DNA of 64,000 nt from Patescibacteria group bacterium (GTDB lineage: Bacteria > Patescibacteriota > WWE3 > UBA101185 > UBA10185), in contig BPJL01000003.1 in NCBI GenBank assembly GCA_026004595.1, positions 34,984-98,983 of the forward strand, given 5' to 3'. Position 1 is the first letter of the stretch, and each line of letters opens with the position of its first letter. This document shows positions 32,007-42,552 of this stretch, piece by piece. Below the pieces are notes generated by a model. The model did not search any database. It was not told where the DNA came from and was given only the letters and a program-made list of their open reading frames with translations. A program made the position numbers and the translations under genes.

Positions 32007-32228
32007 TGGGTCGGGGGTTGAGCCCGTACATACAAAAAAAAATAATGTCAGGGACAATTAATCAGAGGAGAATAAGTGAAAAGAAATTATACAAAGTAAA
32101 TTTTTAAATTAAAATAAATTACCTAATAATTATTTTAATGAGTAGAAAATAAAAAGAAAATATAAGTTACGTCTCTTTCGTCCTGATATTTTATTTAGAG
32201 CCTCATTTACCGAATCCCGCACCAGGAG

Positions 32229-32237
32229 TTATCCACA
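32229..32237 (+). promoter_or_regulatory. Perfect DnaA box
   Basis: TTATCCACA exact consensus, single copy; function unproven. Confidence 0.4.
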
Positions 32238-32248
32238 CCCCCACCCCA

Positions 32249-32377
32249 CCTAAATATATGACAATATTACAAAAAGTTGTCATGACAACCAAAAAAACAA
32301 GTAGGCTTCTACGACTTTAGGTCATAATACCATAGAAACTATGACAATTCTACCTAAAATATATGACAATTGTACAT
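32249..32377. repeat. Cluster of ATGACAA motifs, direct and palindromic
   Basis: CCTAAA(A)TATATGACAAT at 32249 and 32353; palindrome GTTGTCATGACAAC at 32276-32289; ATGACAAT at 32341; reverse TATGAC at 32321. Confidence 0.8.
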
Positions 32378-32497
32378 AAGTACGTATATCATTAGCACCC
32401 TATAGTATTAAATGCTAAAAATAATTAAAAAGAAAATGAAAAATATGATAAAAAACCCTTATAGTACTTCCCTGCTTCACTCACCTATCCGCCCATG

Positions 32498-33309
32498 TCA
32501 TGGCCGAAACACAACCATGAGTAATAAAAAAAAGAAACAAATGAAAGCGTACTGAATAATAAACTTTTTATTTATCTCATTTTTTAGATATGCACTGATG
32601 TAGCTTAGAAGAAACATGGCCACAGACGACGTAAACAGCGCTTTCAAGAATGATTCAGAAGGGACAAACGAAACCCCTATGACGGAAGCAAAAACAATAA
32701 AAGACACCGCCAGAGACAGAAATACCCTCTCCACTACCCCAGTGTTTTTGGCGTCAATGTCGTACCTCGTTACCCAGATTTGATAAATACTGTAGAAAAA
32801 CGATATTCCCGCAACAATTAGAGCTTGCCAAAAGCTATTAAAGTTAAATTTAAACACTGACGAAACGAGGGGGATGTAAACAATGATTTGAAGTATCAAG
32901 CTCCACGTCACGGCAACCCTGTACAAAGGAATCAGCTCTTCCCTACCCTCTATCACAAGAAATATGTTGTCAATCAAGAGAACGATGTAATCCAAAAAAG
33001 AAAATATTGCAATAGCCATCATCTTAAACCCAAAGCTGACATTTGGATAAAACATCAATGCCAGAGTACCGCCCAATGCCAAATTCATAGGAAGTAAAAA
33101 AAACCATAAAAAAGTTTTTGAAAGTAATGTTAGGATAGTGAAGCTAGAAAAACGGAAAATCCCGTTACAAGTAACATAGCCACTAACAAATTAAGCTTTT
33201 GAAATGGAATTATCCCGCTGCTGTGAGAGTATAAAAGACCGGCATAAACCAAAGCGTGCGCGGCGAATCTGTATTTCTTATCAATTTTCTGCGTTATCCT
33301 TCTTATCAT
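32498..33309 (-). CDS. Multi-pass membrane protein of unknown function; frameshifted near 33100
   Basis: Hydrophobic ORF 32498-33088 plus an upstream hydrophobic frame from ATG 33309 overlapping the ruvC end. Confidence 0.65.
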
Positions 33310-33787
33310 TTTTATGGTTGCCTTTCCTTACATAACAAAGGGCCATGGCAACAGCATCGTTAGCATCATCTGATTTTATTACCTTCTTGAGCTTCAGGAA
33401 CTTGCGAACAGCTTCCTGCATAACTTTCTTATCCGATCTGCCATAGCCCGTGAGAACCAGTTTAGCCTCAAGGGCGGTATGCTCAAATATAGGGGTATTT
33501 GTACTTGCGGCGGCAAGCAAAACAATACCACGAGCCTGACCCACCGCTATTGCCGTCTTTGTATTTGTATTAAAAAAAAGGCGCTCAACAACCATTATAT
33601 CGGGGGAATACTTTTTAATTATTTTGGTGAGGTTTTCGTACAGGTAAAAAAGTCTATCCTTAGGTTCCAAATCTTTAGCGGTAACCAAAACATCGCTTTC
33701 TATTAAATCAAAGTTGTCCTTGCGGCTCACACGCACAACCCCGTATCCCAGTCTTGCCGTACCTGGATCTATACCAAGAACAACCAT
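33281..33787 (-). CDS. ruvC: Holliday junction resolvase RuvC
   Basis: LGIDPG, VVERLFF, VGQARG, TGYGRSDK, DDANDAVAMA. Confidence 0.96.
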   Translation of the reverse strand: MVVLGIDPGTARLGYGVVRVSRKDNFDLIESDVLVTAKDLEPKDRLFYLYENLTKIIKKYSPDIMVVERLFFNTNTKTAIAVGQARGIVLLAAASTNTPIFEHTALEAKLVLTGYGRSDKKVMQEAVRKFLKLKKVIKSDDANDAVAMALCYVRKGNHKNDKKDNAEN

Positions 33788-33791
33788 ATGC

Positions 33792-34342
33792 TCACTCTTC
33801 GTCCGGCAAAACGAAATTTACATAAACATCCTGGACATCTTCATGGTCATCAAGCTCCTCTAGCAATGCCTCCAATTTGGATGCGTAAGCCTTGTCGTTA
33901 ATCTCAACAGTATAAGATGGGTTGGACGGATCGGGATTAAAAATATAAGCTGTACTTCCTGCGCCCACCTAAAGATCCACCAAACCTGCTGAAAATATTT
34001 CTAATTTCGGAAACAGTTCTATTCTTATTATCTGTAAGCGCTGTTATATAAAAAAGCCTCGCCGTTGGGGCCAAACCCCCTCATAGATGGCCTCTGAGTA
34101 ACTTTCTCCCCCCCGCCTGACCCGAACCTTTAGCTATAGCCTTATCAATATTTTCTTTGGGCATCCGGGCTTCTTTAGCTTTTTCAACAGCCAACCTTAA
34201 CTGGGGGTTAGAATCCGGATCCCCTCCTTTTCTTGCCGCCACAGATATAAGACGACTCATTTTGGAGAAAATCTTGCTCTTTTTTTGCATCGGTAACCTC
34301 TTTTTTTCTTTTTATATTTGCCCATTTAGAATGCCCCGACAT
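33792..34342 (-). CDS. yebC: YebC/PmpR family protein, short form, frameshifted
   Basis: [51 protein letters not shown] read across frames. Confidence 0.88.
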
Positions 34343-34414
34343 ACTTGATATGTTAACATTTTTGGACTCTAATAAAAAGTTGACAAAAGACTAACATTTA
34401 TTATGCTTGTAGGC

Positions 34415-35118
34415 ATGCAATTAAGCCTGGCTATACTGAGCAAGAAAGCGATCGAGGCGGCGCTAGCTCACGATTGGCAAAAAGCCATCGAACTAAACAC
34501 ACAAATTCTGGAAAAATATCCCAATAACCTAGAAACAAAAATTAGGCTTGGAAGGGCTCTAATACAGGTAAAACAGTTCGAAAAAGCCAAAAAAATATTT
34601 AAGGAAGTGCTTGCAGTTGACCCAATAAAACCCGGTTGCTTTGAAAAACCTGGAAATTGCTAAAAACAAAAAGGTTCAAGTGAAACATGAAAACGGCGTA
34701 GACTCAAATCATTTGCTGAAAGAACCCGGCACTACCACAGAATATACCGCAACTATAAGCGCAAAGGGCTTGACAGGAAAAGACTTCGCCATCGGAGAAT
34801 CCCTAAAATTTAAGATAAAGAGAGAGGGGCGTTGAGGTTTATAAATATAAAAAAGACAAGGAAGTTCTTGTTTCAACAATAGAAGACAGTGATTTGGTGG
34901 CGAGATTGTACAAAGCTGAGCATCTAGGAGCCAACATAAGCGGCTATGTGATTAGGTCAGCGGAAAAGTCAATTGTGATGATAATAAAATCATCAATTCC
35001 TGTTTTCAGGGGTGAAAAGCAAGACATTAGACCCTACATAAAGAAAGGTCTGGACGATATAGATACAGACTTGGAGGATGAAGAACTCGAAGAAGAAATA
35101 GAAGTTATTGAGGAATAA
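34415..35118 (+). CDS. Tetratricopeptide-repeat protein with acidic tail, frameshifted
   Basis: AIEAALAHDWQKAIELN...IRLGRAL...KAKKIFKEVLAVDP TPR pattern; TTGACA-N16-TATGCT 7 nt upstream. Confidence 0.72.
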
Positions 35119-35119
35119 A

Positions 35120-35939
35120 TTACCTCAAATCATCCTCTTCCAATATATTAGCAACATATTCCTTTTGATCCTTAGGTGGTTCAACAGATACTTTTTTTTC
35201 TTCTCCGAGCTCTTTTTTTCTTTGCAGGAGAGAAGGGTTTCTTGAGTTTAAGTTTCTTTTCTCCTTTTATGGTAAGGGGGGCCGGGCTCTGTCTTGCTTT
35301 TATCCCTTCAGATGGTTTATTTGTATTTCCAGCTTTTTTCGGCAGCACCGCTTCCCCACTCTCCTTTCCGCTTTCCCTCTCATCGGAAGACGAAATAATT
35401 TCCGTTAATTTTTTCCTTTTCAAGGTAATCTAGAGCGGCAAAACTCGCGTTAGGAATATTTTCAGGAATGTAAGCTACGGCTTTATCGTTCAACTCGGCT
35501 TTGTGAAACTCAGCTGCAACATCCGATATTCTATATGTTCCCCCATCAGAAAGAAGATACCATTTTCCCTCCTTTTTCGACAAAACTCCCTCTAGCTTTT
35601 TTCTCGGCACCTTGTCAATCTGTTTTAAAAAGCTTTTTGCCATCTTCTTCTATCATTTTAAGAGTATCCCCATACACTAATCTGGACTTGGCAGCATAGT
35701 TGGCAGGAACCTCGTGTTTGGAACCGTCTTTCCCAACTAGGTAAAAACCATCAAAAATAGCCAGATACTCCGGGCATATTTTTATACATTTCTTTCCTTT
35801 TTTTCCTTATCTATGTTGTCTATGATGCGAGAGATTTTTTTCAAGATTCTTATATGCTAGAGATACTACTTTCCTCAGGTCTTCTAGGCTCTTCTCTGAA
35901 ACTTGATCTAATTCGCTTTCGGTCTTTTTTATCAAACAT
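35120..35939 (-). CDS. Conserved hypothetical protein, frameshifted
   Basis: FDGFYLVGKDGSKHEVPANYAAKSRLVYGDTLK read across frames; resembles a CPR hypothetical family I recall but could not verify. Confidence 0.6.
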
Positions 35940-35960
35940 TTTTTCTTTCCTTTCGCTTAA

Positions 35961-38533
35961 ATTAGTTGCCCGCCTGAATCGTCTTTTTTAAGAGGAATCT
36001 CGGACACGCCCCCACTCTCGTTCGCCGGCTTTTTATATTCTTGGGGCAATCGCCATACCTTTGTCAAATTTTGTTTCAATCCACTTATTAATCTTGGCTT
36101 CAACATATTCACGCGGACACTCCGTATTTCTCTCGACTCCTCTGTATAACTCTTTCTCTGTTCGGTGTTTTAGGAACGGGAAAATCGGCTCCCAAGGTAG
36201 AAGTATACGAGCCGAAAATGGATGCGAAGTCATTCCATCGTTCATAAGCTTCATGTAAACTTGAAATCTTTCTAGGGGAGATTATATCTTCAGCGTTGAA
36301 ATACGGGGCAAATTCATTAGCAAGCTCACGAGCATCGGGTGCGCCCAGAGAAAAAGCTATAATGGTTCCGACATTGCCGAAAACCGACTTAAGGAGCTCT
36401 TCTGGAAGCTGGGCGGTGAATTGGTGAGTCAAATAAAGCCCGAGCTTATACTTTCTTGAATTCAGAGAGTATTTCTTCAAAACTGCCGGTTGCAAAGTTT
36501 TGAAACTCATCGACATACAAATAGAAGGGCCGACGCTCGTTGTAGGGAATTTTGGCTCTCTGAAGAGCATAAAATTGTAAGCGCGAAACCAAAAGTGCGC
36601 CAAGAAGATCTGCGTTGTCGCTCCGCAATCTTTCCCTTTGAAAGGTTAATTAAAAGAATTTTGCCCGAACTCATCGCGTCACTAATATCCAACGTGGATT
36701 TCCTCTGGCCCAAGATGTTGGCGAATTGTAGTTGAGGCTAAGAATCTGTTTACTTTGTTCTGTATGGGAGATATAGCTTCGGTTACAAGTTTTTGGTTGC
36801 CCTTCATCTCCTTAAATTCTGTCTCCCAAAATTTCACAACAAGAGGATCTTTCACAAAGTGCAGAATGTAATTTTGATAGTTTTTGTCTTCCATCAAACG
36901 GGTAATACCGAGCATATTGGTACCCGGAACCTCCAGCAGGGTTAGTATCGCGTAATTCAAAAGGTACTCAAGCCTAGGACCCCATGAATAGTCAAAATGC
37001 TGCTTGATGGCTGCTACGAGCCCGGAAGCCATTAAATTTTTGTTGGATGGATCGTCTATCTCTAATAAATTTAACCCGATTGGCAACTCTGTATCAGACG
37101 GGTCAAAATATATTACATCTTCTACCCTGTTATCGGGTATCCTATCAAGGACCTTTTCAATTGTTTCGCCGTGGGGGTCCAAAACACCCCACACCTGCTC
37201 CAGCAGCTATATCTTGAGAAATCATAGACTCAAACAAGGTAGACTTCCCCGTTCCGGATTTTTCCGATTACATAAAGGTGCCGCAGTCTATCATCGCCGT
37301 TTCGCAAACCGAACCTCACTTTTTTATTTTCTAAACGTCGTCTCTCCTATATATACGCAATTCTCGGTCGGTAGGTCTGCGGGAGGTTCAGATTTTCTTG
37401 AATACACCCATGGTATGTTAGGCGTGTCAATAGCCGCGGAGGGAAAGTGAAAAAAAAGTCGCCAGTTCCTCAGTAGTAAGCAAAAGGATTTTATCTTCAT
37501 CAATACCTCTGTTGCACATCATATTAAGATAGTGGGATTTATTTGAAACCTTGTCCGCAACAAATGAGTTGTTAGAAGTAGATGAGTACTGCTTCAGCAC
37601 AGCAAGAGAAGTCCTCAAATTAGTTTCAACCCTATCGTGATCCGGACCGGCTGACATAACCCTCACATTAGTTTCAAACCCCATGTGTGACAGCTTATTT
37701 TCAATAGCCCTAAGCTCTGTTTCAGTTGAAAGAGCTATCTTAACCTGAATATTGGAAGATCTGGGCGGTTCTACCCTCTCCTTGTAAATAAAAACGCCGG
37801 TTGCAAGCCCCGACAAAATTTCGGTAAATTCCCTTGAAATTATTCTTGTGAAATCTCCAAATACAGAACCACTTTTAGATGACATTCCACCCGATTCCCG
37901 AACTTTTTGGACATAAGAATACCCATCTTTCTGCCATACATCAGCCACCGGTCTAACTATAAATTGGTACCATATTTCCTCGTCCTCGTTAACTTGGCCT
38001 ATAGCTGAAGTTAAGGCGCTCAATGTATCTATTTCAAAATCTCTAAAGCTTTTTATTGGGTAATAATATGGACGGGAAAAATCTATTGTGGCTATCTCAT
38101 AAACTTTTGAGGTCTTTCTGAACTTATCTGCATAGTCTGGTACTGCTTTGATGTGCGCCGACGGGTATTGGGCGTAAACCTGGCTCTCCACAAATTTCGA
38201 TATTTCAATAGGACAAGTGTAGTAAAAACGGATTCCTTCGGATATGGAGGATACTATTTCAAACGATAAGTGCTCCTGATTTACCGTTTTCTCCTTCAAA
38301 AGACCGTGCAACGCCGCAAACATACTCTCCGCAGCTAATGCCGATTTTGTCGGAGAGGACGCCTCATCTTCATTTTTGCTGAACTGAACCTCAAAAACCG
38401 CCAAACCGGTCTCTTTTTGAGAGGCTTCATTTATGATGGCTGTATCTATGTTTTCACCATTGGAACGGCTTTTCAGAAAAATAATGAATACAACGAGAAG
38501 AAAACACCCGACGGCAATTAATAAGTAAGTCAA
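35961..38533 (-). CDS. Membrane-anchored VirD4/TraD/HerA-like ATPase; several frameshifts
   Basis: N-terminal TM; Walker A IGKSGTGKST near 37250; LDPHGE, YFDPSD, Walker B YLYVDEFQNF, RKYKLGLYLTHQ, FGNVGT. Confidence 0.85.
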
Positions 38534-38557
38534 AAAACATGTCCTTAAATTTATAAT

Positions 38558-38582
38558 CCCCCGCCCTTATTTGGGACGGGGG
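38558..38582. terminator. GC-rich stem-loop between the LCP-like and ATPase genes
   Basis: CCCCCGCCC-TTATTT-GGGACGGGGG; weak U tract. Confidence 0.45.
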
Positions 38583-38609
38583 TAGAAAGGAGAGAGTACT
38601 GGAGCTATA

Positions 38610-39754
38610 CTAATACAAAGCCTCTGCAATGTCAAATCCCACTATCACGGTAATATCCGACCTATCTATCTCATTTTCGTTAAATTTTTCGGCCTCTTTT
38701 TTGGTCAAAACGTTCGAAATACCTAAAACCCTGCTAATATAATTAAGGGTGACAGAATCTTCAATGTCGGTAATAATGTAGCTGTTCTCGTAGTTTATAG
38801 AAGCATTGGACACACCCACTACTCTACCCCCAGAATTTTTAATAAGCCGCGATCCAAAAGATGCCACACCTGGAATATCAGTACCGTTAAGAATTGAGAC
38901 GCTGAGCCCCTCCCTAGAAATAGGACCGTCAAAGTTCATATCTAAAATCTGACCATCTAGATTTTCGCTGTCATCCACGTCAGTCTGAGTAACGGAATAC
39001 CTCGAAATATTGTCTTTAAACAACTCCTGAAGCAAAAGTTACGAGATCATAATACTCTGCCGCCGATAAGTTACTAGTGGTATTTCTTTTTATATCAGAA
39101 GCCGCCCTCAAACTTAGAAGTTCCGAAAAAGCCTTTTCCTGTAAGGGAGTCCAAAAGAATGCGGGATGAGGACTCATCGACTAAAAATATATCTATCCAC
39201 TTTATATCCGAATATTCGCTTAACTACACATTATTAACCGCAACAACACCGTCATCTATAGCAGTTTTAGAATTGAGGGCGCCTAGAGCAAACGCCTTAT
39301 AAATCTCTTCTTCGCCAAATTTCCCCAGTCATGTCAACTTTTAGACCTAGAGGAATGTCAAAGATGCTTAATTCCTTATTTTCCTTGTTGAAAAATCAAA
39401 AATTTAAGGGTTTTTAGAATCACGGGATCAGAAGCTATATCCTCGACTTCAATGTAAGATAGGGTAACTACACCTTCATTTGTGATGGAATATGAAGAAA
39501 CTGACGCCTGCAGAAGCAAATGTCTGATGCAGGTAATTGTAAAGAGAGTACCCTGCCAAAAAAAGTAATGCCCCCAAAAATATCACACTACCAACCGCCA
39601 TTTGTGAAAAGTATTTCTTTGTACTTCTGTTGATTACCTTCCTTTTTTCCTTCCCTGAACTTATAGTGCGGATTTTATGCTTCCCAAACTTACCTCCACG
39701 AAGAATGGGAGTCTTCAGAGCATTTCTCTTACCATGGGCAGGTACAGATCTCAT
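38610..39754 (-). CDS. LytR/CpsA/Psr-like envelope protein with LytR_C domain, frameshifted
   Basis: Basic N-tail plus TM; C-terminal VSILNGTDIPGVA...SDITVIVGFD. Confidence 0.72.
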
Positions 39755-39770
39755 ATATGTTCATACATTA

Positions 39771-40501
39771 CTATATTTTCGGAGCGAATGGAAGATATTC
39801 CGTGGGTAAAGGGGATTCAAATTGTACAAAATCATGTAATTGAGGGTCAAAGAATCTAATTTTGGACGCGTGCAACATCATTCTACCGAAAGCCTTTGTG
39901 CCAACCATGAGTAAATTTTTAGGACAGTATATTGGATCTCCGGCAATGAACAAATTCAATGCTGCCAAATGCACTCTTATTTGATGGGTACGACCGGTTG
40001 TTGGGACAATTTTTTAGAAATGTGTACTTATTTCCACCTATTTCTCTCTCAATTATTTTGGCGACTTTTGTATGAGCTTCTCTACCCTCCCTCAACAATC
40101 GCCATTTTCATAGGATCCTTTGGGCTTCTTTTGATTGGGGCATTTATTTCGAATGTATCTTCCTCAGTTGAACCGTGAACAACCGCTGCATACTCCTTCT
40201 CTACTCTTCTTTCTTTGAACTCTCCCAAAGCATATTTAAAGAAGTGTTCATCTTTAGCAACAAGCAAAATACCGGAGGTGTCCTTGTCCAAACGGTGCAC
40301 AATTCCTGATCTGGAGGCGAAATCGCCCACATCTTCATCTTCTGCATCAATAGACACCTCTCTCTCGCCCCTCTCCTCCAGCATATCCTGCAATGTGCGG
40401 TTTTTAGCCGTAGTTGAACGATTCACAACCACTCCCGCTGGTTTATCCAACACAAGGTAGGTATCATTTTCAAAAATTATATTTAGTTCTTTTTCTCCCA
40501 T
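39771..40501 (-). CDS. RluA-family pseudouridine synthase, frameshifted
   Basis: LDKPAG, GIVHRLDKDTSG (catalytic Asp), TGRTHQIRVHL, GDPIY, LHA. Confidence 0.92.
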
Positions 40502-40807
40502 ATCCGATATATTAACAAACCCGAACCCAAAACTACCATCAAATCAAAATATGTTAAAACTAAAAAGACCAAGAAAATTAAAATAGTCCCACACACATCT
40601 TGATAGCAACCTTTCAATAAAATTTGCAAGCCCACCCGACACCAGCAGTATAACGCCCACGCACCTAGCTTTAGAATTAAACCCGACGCTTCTATACAGC
40701 AAAATAATGAAAATTATTGCTAGAAAACTCAAAAACTCCGGGTAGAAAACATCACAATTCCTTACGGGACTGATAAACGCGGAAAAACTGGGAAAACTAT
40801 TTATCAT
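40500..40807 (-). CDS. lspA: Lipoprotein signal peptidase II-like; frameshifted, boundaries approximate
   Basis: GGLANFIERL...VWDY...FNIFD resembles the LspA motif; lspA-rluA adjacency is conserved. Confidence 0.65.
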
Positions 40808-41163
40808 CTGCGTGCTCAAGACACGTTGTAGCCTGAGGATAAGCTTTTAGACGAGCCTTATCTATCGGTTTGCCACAAACTTCGCATATGCCGTATTTTC
40901 CAATTTTTATGGCGGCTAGAGCCTTTTTCACCTGAATAAGCATTCCTGAACCAACCCCCATCCTTGCATCCGAAACGCTCTTTCGGGTGTCTTCAAGTAT
41001 AGCCTCATCCATATATTCCGAATTGCCCTCGGTTCTTCCCGATTCTAGATAAGGATCCTCCTTCATCAGCATACTCTGAGTGGCCTGAAGTTCCTTCTCC
41101 TTCCTCTGCAGCTGTCTTTTTATAAAATCTATAAATTCTTTTGGCAGATTTTCTGGTGTTCAT
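40797..41163 (-). CDS. TraR/DksA zinc-finger protein; 5' end uncertain
   Basis: ALAAIKIGKYGICEVCGKPIDKARLKAYPQATTCLEH. Confidence 0.85.
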
Positions 41164-41804
41164 ATATTTTTGGCTCCTATAATACAAATTGAGCAAACCA
41201 ATAATAAACAATGAAACGTAAAATATCAAATAACCCGGTGATTTAAAAAAAATAGCTACCAAAATAGCTAGGTAAAACACAAAAAACGAAAAAACAAGGC
41301 CTGAAACGAACCTATAACCCCTAAATCTCAAGATCCCAAGATAGAAAAGAAGAGTGAGAGCTGCTGTCCACACCATTGAGGTCTGGCCCGTGATGAGGTA
41401 CTTTCCAAAACTTATAAAGACAAGGAAAAAGCCAAACGCCAAGGAATAAATGTCAAAAATTCTAAATATAGACCAGCGTCGTTTCCTAGAAAAGTAAAAA
41501 GCAGGCAAAAATGCCGAAACTAGAATCAAGAAACCCCATAAGGATATCCCGATTCATCTGTAATACAAAGTAGTTGGGCCTATAAACTTGGATATATGAA
41601 TAAATACGATTTGATAGATAATAAAACAGGCCGCCAAAAATTGTTGAAACCAAAACCATGTCTAAAAAATCTCTCGTCGTCAAAACCATCTTTTCTTGCC
41701 TCATACCACATCACAAATAACCAAAATACAAAACCTATCAAAAAGACAAGGCGCATGGTGGAAATTTGAGCAAAACCGAAGTTTAGATTTTCGGATAACA
41801 ACAT
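41160..41804 (-). CDS. Multi-pass membrane protein, prolipoprotein diacylglyceryl transferase-like, frameshifted
   Basis: Hydrophobic segments, N-terminal FGFAQISTM, DIYSLA...SFG; neighbours lspA; catalytic motif unclear. Confidence 0.5.
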
Positions 41805-41805
41805 C

Positions 41806-42360
41806 TTACGCTTTAGAAATATATTCTCCCGAACGGGTGTCTATCTTTACTTTATCTCCTATTTTTATAAAAATCGGAACTTTTACTACAGCACCGTTGT
41901 CAAGTTTAGCTTCCTTCAGCACATTGGTAACCGTATTTCCCTTATAACCAGGCTCAGTGTAAACAACTTTGAAAACGAGAGAGGCCGGAAGTTCAACTGA
42001 TATCGGGCCTTCCTTCAAAATACTGCACAACCACTTTTTCCCCCTCGATCAGAAACTTGGGATGAGTCCCCCAAAAACATCTTCTGAAATGCTAAACTGC
42101 TCAAAAGTTACAGGATCCATAAAAACATAGCTCCCGTCATTATAAAGATATTGCGCGTTTTTGGTTTGAACATCGGCATCTTCTACTCTAGCTGTTGAAA
42201 TATAACCTTTTTCAAGAACCTGCCCCGTCACTAAATTTTTTACACGAACCTTTACATTGGCACTGCCCCGGCTTACTTTGATGTGCTCATACTTCAGCAC
42301 TTTCAGCGGCTGTCCGTTCTCCTGATATATTCTTCCTGTTTTTAGGTCTGTGGCAATCAT
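41806..42360 (-). CDS. efp: Elongation factor P, frameshifted
   Basis: [59 protein letters not shown]. Confidence 0.93.
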
Positions 42361-42366
42361 AAATTA

Positions 42367-42453
42367 TGGTGCCGTGGGTGAGAGTCGAACTCACACGGGA
42401 TCAGATCCCAGTGGTTTTTGAGACCACCGCGTATACCATTCCGCCACCACGGC
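42367..42453 (-). tRNA. tRNA-Leu(CAA)
   Basis: Acceptor stem GCCGTGG/CCACGGC, anticodon arm GTGGT-CTCAAAA-ACCAC, long variable arm, GTTCGACTC T-loop, encoded CCA. Confidence 0.96.
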
Positions 42454-42552
42454 AGGCCCTATCATATATTTCTTTCGCAAACTCCGTCCGAGTCAATTCT
42501 ACCATTTTATAACATGATCTGAGCTTGAAAAGAGGGGTGTTTTACTCCGATT

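Noticed and set aside
31976..32009. Synthetic loxP or vector contamination
   Set aside because: Only 25/34 identity, the arm changes partly preserve symmetry (ACGTCGT/ACGACGT), and no vector sequence flanks it.
32249..32377. CRISPR array
   Set aside because: Repeats are 7-18 bp, irregularly spaced and in both orientations; no cas genes in the window.
30562..33309. Integron or prophage integrase locus
   Set aside because: No IntI-specific insertion evident, no attC cassette array or phage genes, and both flanks are housekeeping genes.
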